Shown piece by piece: positions 14,524-18,103 of a stretch of 18,103 nucleotides of DNA (position 1 is its first letter; the number at the start of each line of letters is the position of its first letter). The notes beneath the pieces were generated by a model. It ran no database searches. It worked only from the letters and a program-made list of their open reading frames with translations, and was not told the origin of the DNA. Location of the stretch: the NCBI GenBank assembly GCA_040756235.1, contig JBFLZG010000039.1, positions 1 through 18,103 on the forward strand. Direction: 5' to 3'. This stretch comes from a bacterium (GTDB lineage Bacteria; Desulfobacterota; DSWW01). The position numbers were made by a program, and so were the translations under genes.

Positions 14524-16137
14524 ATGCTGATGTGCAAGGCGTTGCCCGGTGAGGCGTACGAGGAGCTGGAGAGCACGGTCGGTTCCGAAAACATCACCCG
14601 GGAACCAGCCATACTCGACACCTACGCATGGCAGCCCGCCGTCAATCTGGCCAAGAAGGCGTGGATCCACCGGCCGGCCGCGGTCGTGCTGCCCGCGTCG
14701 GTCGAAGAGGTGCAGCAGATCGTCCGAATCTGCAACCGCCACCGGGTCAAGTACAAGGCGCACTCCACGGGGTGGGCGGCCTGGGGCGGCCCCGGAGAAG
14801 AGGGCGTGCTGCAGATCGACCTGCGCAGAATGAACCGGATCATCGAGATCGACGAGAAGAACATGTTTGCCGTGGTCGAGCCGTACGTGTGCTGCTCCCA
14901 GCTGCAGGCCGAGGCCATGAAGAAGGGGCTCAACTGCCACATCATCGGCGCCGGCCCCAACACCTCCCAGCTCGCGAGCGTCACGTCTGCCTGGGGGTAC
15001 GGGTGGAGCGGCCTGGCCACGAGCTACAGCGGGCGAAACCCCTTGGGCGTGGAATGGGTGCTGCCGGACGGGCAGCTCCTTCGGCTGGGAGCCCCCGGCT
15101 CCGGAAGCGGCTGGTTCTGCGGCGACGGTCCCGGGCCGAGCCTGCGGGGAATCATGCGGGGCTGGGGCGGCGCCCAGGGAGGATTGGGCGTGTTCACCAA
15201 GTGCGCCGTGAAGCTCTATCCCTGGCCGAACGGGCCCGCGACGGTCCAGGTCCGCGGGGTGCTCTCCGACGCCACCACCGAGGACGTGCCGGCCACGCAC
15301 AAGCTGTACTACCTCTTCTCTCCGAGCTACGAAAAATTCGCGGACCTGGCCTATGCGATCGGCAATGCCGAGATCGGCTACATTCACTGCAAGGGCGCCG
15401 TGGGCGCCATGTTCGGGCTCCTGGCTCCGCGGGCCATGCGCAAGCTCCTGGCCTCCCCTGCGACGCGAGCCATCCTGAAAGCGTTTCAGCACATGACGCT
15501 CTTCATGATCGCGGCGCATACCGAGCGCGAATTCGCCTATCAGGAGAAGGTGCTGAGGAAGATCGTGGCCGAGACCGACGGCTTCATCCTGGACAACAGC
15601 CATCTTCCCTTGCACGGCGGGTTCTGGTGGGGCGTGAACCGGTCGGTCTTCCCGGCCATGGCGTTCAGGCCCGGCGGCGCGTTCATTACCAGCATGGGGA
15701 GCAGCGCCGAGTTCGACTGCTGCGTGAAGCAGGCGAAGCTCGGCGAGAAGATCAAGCAGGAGTACATCGACAACGGAACGTTCTTCGACGACATGGCCGA
15801 CTGCACCTGGGGCGGCATCTATGAAGGCACGAGCAACTGGGGGCACCAGGAAGAGATCGCCATGTTCGATCGCCGCAGCGAGACCCAGACCGAAGAAGGG
15901 CGGACCTCCTACCTCCACGCCACCACCCGCGCCTCGATCGACCGTGCACTGGGCTTCGGGCTCTCGGCCATGGAGCACAAGATGTATCTGTTGCACGGCC
16001 CGATCATGCACGACTACCACCTCTGGCAGGCGCGCATCAAGCAGGCATTCGATCCCAACAACGTCTCGGACGGGTCGCATTACGTACCTCCCTTCGATGA
16101 GCTGGAAAAGGAGACAGGGGGCGCGCATGGATCCTGA
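14524..16137 (+). CDS. FAD-binding oxidoreductase, VAO/PCMH fold, 537 aa
   Basis: RPAAVVLPASVEEVQQIVRICN, HSTGW, IDLRRMNRIIEIDEKN…VVEPYV, GVEWVLPDGQLLRLG, GPGPSLRG…GGLGVFTK, KQAFDPNNV. Starts 1 nt after the previous stop. Confidence 0.9.
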   Translation: MLMCKALPGEAYEELESTVGSENITREPAILDTYAWQPAVNLAKKAWIHRPAAVVLPASVEEVQQIVRICNRHRVKYKAHSTGWAAWGGPGEEGVLQIDLRRMNRIIEIDEKNMFAVVEPYVCCSQLQAEAMKKGLNCHIIGAGPNTSQLASVTSAWGYGWSGLATSYSGRNPLGVEWVLPDGQLLRLGAPGSGSGWFCGDGPGPSLRGIMRGWGGAQGGLGVFTKCAVKLYPWPNGPATVQVRGVLSDATTEDVPATHKLYYLFSPSYEKFADLAYAIGNAEIGYIHCKGAVGAMFGLLAPRAMRKLLASPATRAILKAFQHMTLFMIAAHTEREFAYQEKVLRKIVAETDGFILDNSHLPLHGGFWWGVNRSVFPAMAFRPGGAFITSMGSSAEFDCCVKQAKLGEKIKQEYIDNGTFFDDMADCTWGGIYEGTSNWGHQEEIAMFDRRSETQTEEGRTSYLHATTRASIDRALGFGLSAMEHKMYLLHGPIMHDYHLWQARIKQAFDPNNVSDGSHYVPPFDELEKETGGAHGS

Positions 16138-17119
16138 CGGATCGGTTCTGACCGTTGTGGAACAGGGCCCGGACCAGACCGTTCTGCCGATCTCGCTGGA
16201 GTGCCTGAGCGCGGGCAGGAAGCTCGCGGACGGGCTCGGCTGCAGACTGCATGCCCTGATCATGGGCCATGGCGTGGGCGATGCGGCACGGGACTTGGGG
16301 CACTACGGCCCTGACCGCGTGTACGCGGCGGATCATCCGCTGCTGGAGGCCTATCATCCCGAGCTCTACTGTGCCGCCCTCGTCCAGGCGTACGAGGAGG
16401 CGAGGCCGCGGGCCATCCTCATGGGGGACACCCTGACGTCCCTCGATCTGGCTCCGAGAGTTGCCTTTGCCTTGAACGCGGGCCTGATCACCGACTGTGT
16501 GGGGTTCGAGCTCGGCGAGGGCGAGGTGCGGTTCCTCAAGCCCGTTTACAGCAGCAACGTCATGGCGGCTTATGCCCTTGCCACGGAACCCTGGCTGGTG
16601 ACCCTGCGCTCCAGGGCGGAGGACCCTGCCGCCAAGAGGGAGGAGGCGAGTGGCGAAGTCGTCCCTCTGGACGTGAAGCTCGACAGGTCCGCGCTGACGA
16701 TCGAAGTCCTCCGGAGGGTCGTCGAAGAGGAAGAAGGCCCCCGGCTGGCCGGCGCGAACATCATCGTTTCGGGCGGAAGGGGGATCGGGGGCCCGGAAGG
16801 GTTTCGGCGGCTCGCGGAGCTCGCGAAAGCGCTGAACGCGGCGGTGGGCGCGAGCCGGCCGCCGGTCGACTTGGGCTGGGCCTCTCCCAAGGCACAGGTG
16901 GGTCAGACCGGGGAGAAGGTCGCCCCTTCGGTCTACATTGCCGTGGGCATCTCGGGGGCCACCCAGCACCTTGCCGGGATGATCGGATCCAGGACGATCG
17001 TGGCCATCAACAAGGATCCGAATGCCAACATCTTCAGGGTAGCGGATTACGGGGTGGTGGGAGATCACGAGGAAGTGATCCCTGCTTTCCGGAAGGCGCT
17101 GGCGACGCTCCGGAAATAG
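16127..17119 (+). CDS. etfA: Electron transfer flavoprotein alpha subunit (EtfA/FixB), 330 aa
   Basis: DLAPRVA…[67 protein letters not shown]…[11 protein letters not shown] 16127 overlaps the upstream gene by 11 nt. Confidence 0.95.
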   Translation: MDPDGSVLTVVEQGPDQTVLPISLECLSAGRKLADGLGCRLHALIMGHGVGDAARDLGHYGPDRVYAADHPLLEAYHPELYCAALVQAYEEARPRAILMGDTLTSLDLAPRVAFALNAGLITDCVGFELGEGEVRFLKPVYSSNVMAAYALATEPWLVTLRSRAEDPAAKREEASGEVVPLDVKLDRSALTIEVLRRVVEEEEGPRLAGANIIVSGGRGIGGPEGFRRLAELAKALNAAVGASRPPVDLGWASPKAQVGQTGEKVAPSVYIAVGISGATQHLAGMIGSRTIVAINKDPNANIFRVADYGVVGDHEEVIPAFRKALATLRK

Positions 17120-17131
17120 GCGACAGAAGTG

Positions 17132-17932
17132 ATGAACATCATCGTGTGCATCAAACAGGTGCCCGACCCGGAGGGGCCTCAGAGCTGCTTCGTCATCAAC
17201 CCCCGGACGTCCAGAGTGGAGCCGAAGGGGATCCCGCCGGTGCTGAGTCTCTTCGACGAGAACGCTCTCGAGGCGGCCTTGAAGATCCGGGACAACCGCG
17301 CGGAGAAGGTGAAGATCACGGTCGTCAGCATGGGGAAGAGGATCTCCCAGGCGGTCCTGGAAAAGGCCCTCGCCGTCGGGGCGGACGAGCTCGTGAAGGT
17401 GGAGGGCGAGGAATTCGAATCCGGCGGCCTCGACAGCTTCGCAACCGCATCCGCCCTTTCCTGCGCCATCCGCAAGATCGGGGCCTTCGATCTGGTCCTG
17501 GGCGGCAGGCAGGCAGCGGACTGGAACGCAGGGCAGGTCGGGGTCTTTGTGGCCGGGCTCCTGGGGATTCCGGCCGTCACGCTCGCGAGAAGGGTAGAGA
17601 TCCAGGGCGACCACGCTGTGGTGGAAAGGATCCTGCCCTTCGGGTACGAGACCGTCAGGGCACGGCTCCCCGTCGCGGTCATGGTGAGCAACGAGGCGGG
17701 GGTGATGCGGTACCCCACCCTGATCCAGCGGAGGGAGGCGAAGAAGAAGCCGGTCCGGTCATGGGGAGCGGCAGACATCGGGTTCGAGCCCGACGGCCGG
17801 AACCGGGTCGTGCTCAGAAGGCTCTTTACCCCGGAGATGCGGCAGGGACCGTGCAGGATCATCGGCGGGGCGACGCCCGCGGAGGCCGGCCGCAATCTCG
17901 CTGAGCGCTTGAAGCAGGATGGCGTTCTCTAG
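17132..17932 (+). CDS. etfB: Electron transfer flavoprotein beta subunit (EtfB/FixA), 266 aa
   Basis: MNIIVCIKQVPDP, FDENALEAAL, VVSMG, ALAVGAD, DLVLGGRQAADWNAGQVG, RYPTL…AKKKP. Alternative start GTG 17129. Confidence 0.95.
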   Translation: MNIIVCIKQVPDPEGPQSCFVINPRTSRVEPKGIPPVLSLFDENALEAALKIRDNRAEKVKITVVSMGKRISQAVLEKALAVGADELVKVEGEEFESGGLDSFATASALSCAIRKIGAFDLVLGGRQAADWNAGQVGVFVAGLLGIPAVTLARRVEIQGDHAVVERILPFGYETVRARLPVAVMVSNEAGVMRYPTLIQRREAKKKPVRSWGAADIGFEPDGRNRVVLRRLFTPEMRQGPCRIIGGATPAEAGRNLAERLKQDGVL

Positions 17933-17958
17933 GAGCCTGTCCAAGAATTCGGCTCCGG

Positions 17959-18103
17959 GAGGCTGTTCAGAAATGTCCAGATGCAAGGCGCGCGACAATT
18001 CCGCAGGACAGCGGAATTGGGCGCATCATCCGCCAGGATGATGCGCCCGCAGGGCGAGGGCCATGGACGGCCCGAGTCAAATCCTGAGGAATGAGGCGTA
18101 CAT
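17959..18103. mobile_element. MITE/REP-like structured repeat, copy 2, with 84-bp internal insertion; truncated by window end
   Basis: 17959-17995 matches 11646-11681 (CAGATGCAAGGCGCGCGA identical). 18081-18103 is identical to 11683-11705 (23/23). 17996-18079 is extra sequence forming three hairpins. Confidence 0.8.

Noticed and set aside
15821..16126. 102-aa N-terminal extension of EtfA
   Set aside because: Overlaps oxidoreductase B in another frame. EtfA-like sequence begins at ATG 16127.
9058..17895. Long minus-strand ORFs (9058-10374, 10999-12249, 11756-13378, 13242-14621, 14497-16263, 16037-17614, 17179-17895)
   Set aside because: Antisense shadows of well-supported high-GC plus-strand genes, with no recognisable motifs.
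9133..17932. Calling the operon nitrogen-fixation fixABCX, glcDEF or hdrD
   Set aside because: No nif context, different gene order, and the GlcD metal motif is absent. Only family-level names are supported, apart from etfA and etfB.
17959..18103. Possible tRNA or CRISPR at the window end (multiple hairpins, ATCC motif)
   Set aside because: No acceptor stem, anticodon arm or GTTC T-loop, no regularly spaced repeat-spacer units and no cas genes. Explained as a nested repeat.

Overview
High-GC bacterial window. Gene content and repeat style suggest an anaerobic Desulfobacterota/'Deltaproteobacteria'-like organism (inference only). From left to right: a cluster of short palindromic/REP-like repeats; an acyl-CoA synthetase; a stand-alone cNMP-binding-domain protein; two tandem, lower-GC nitronate-monooxygenase/FabK-family flavoproteins (minus strand) whose promoter region abuts a 5'-truncated OmpA-domain remnant; a glycine-zipper OmpA lipoprotein and a PEP-CTERM protein transcribed divergently from two apparent sigma-54 promoters; and a TetR-led flavin/Fe-S redox operon (tetR, fixC-like, fixX-like, helical hypothetical, VAO/PCMH-type FAD oxidoreductase, CCG-domain Fe-S protein, second VAO/PCMH-type FAD oxidoreductase, etfA, etfB). 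Two direct copies of a structured MITE/REP-like element bracket the last five genes. The complete copy is ~124 bp; the second carries an 84-bp three-hairpin insertion and is cut by the window end. No rRNA, tRNA, CRISPR array or transposase was seen. The best candidate for an undescribed system is the redox operon, which looks like a substrate-oxidation-to-ETF/FixCX module whose two FAD enzymes both lack the D-lactate/glycolate dehydrogenase metal motif. All family assignments come from motif recognition by eye; no searches were run.
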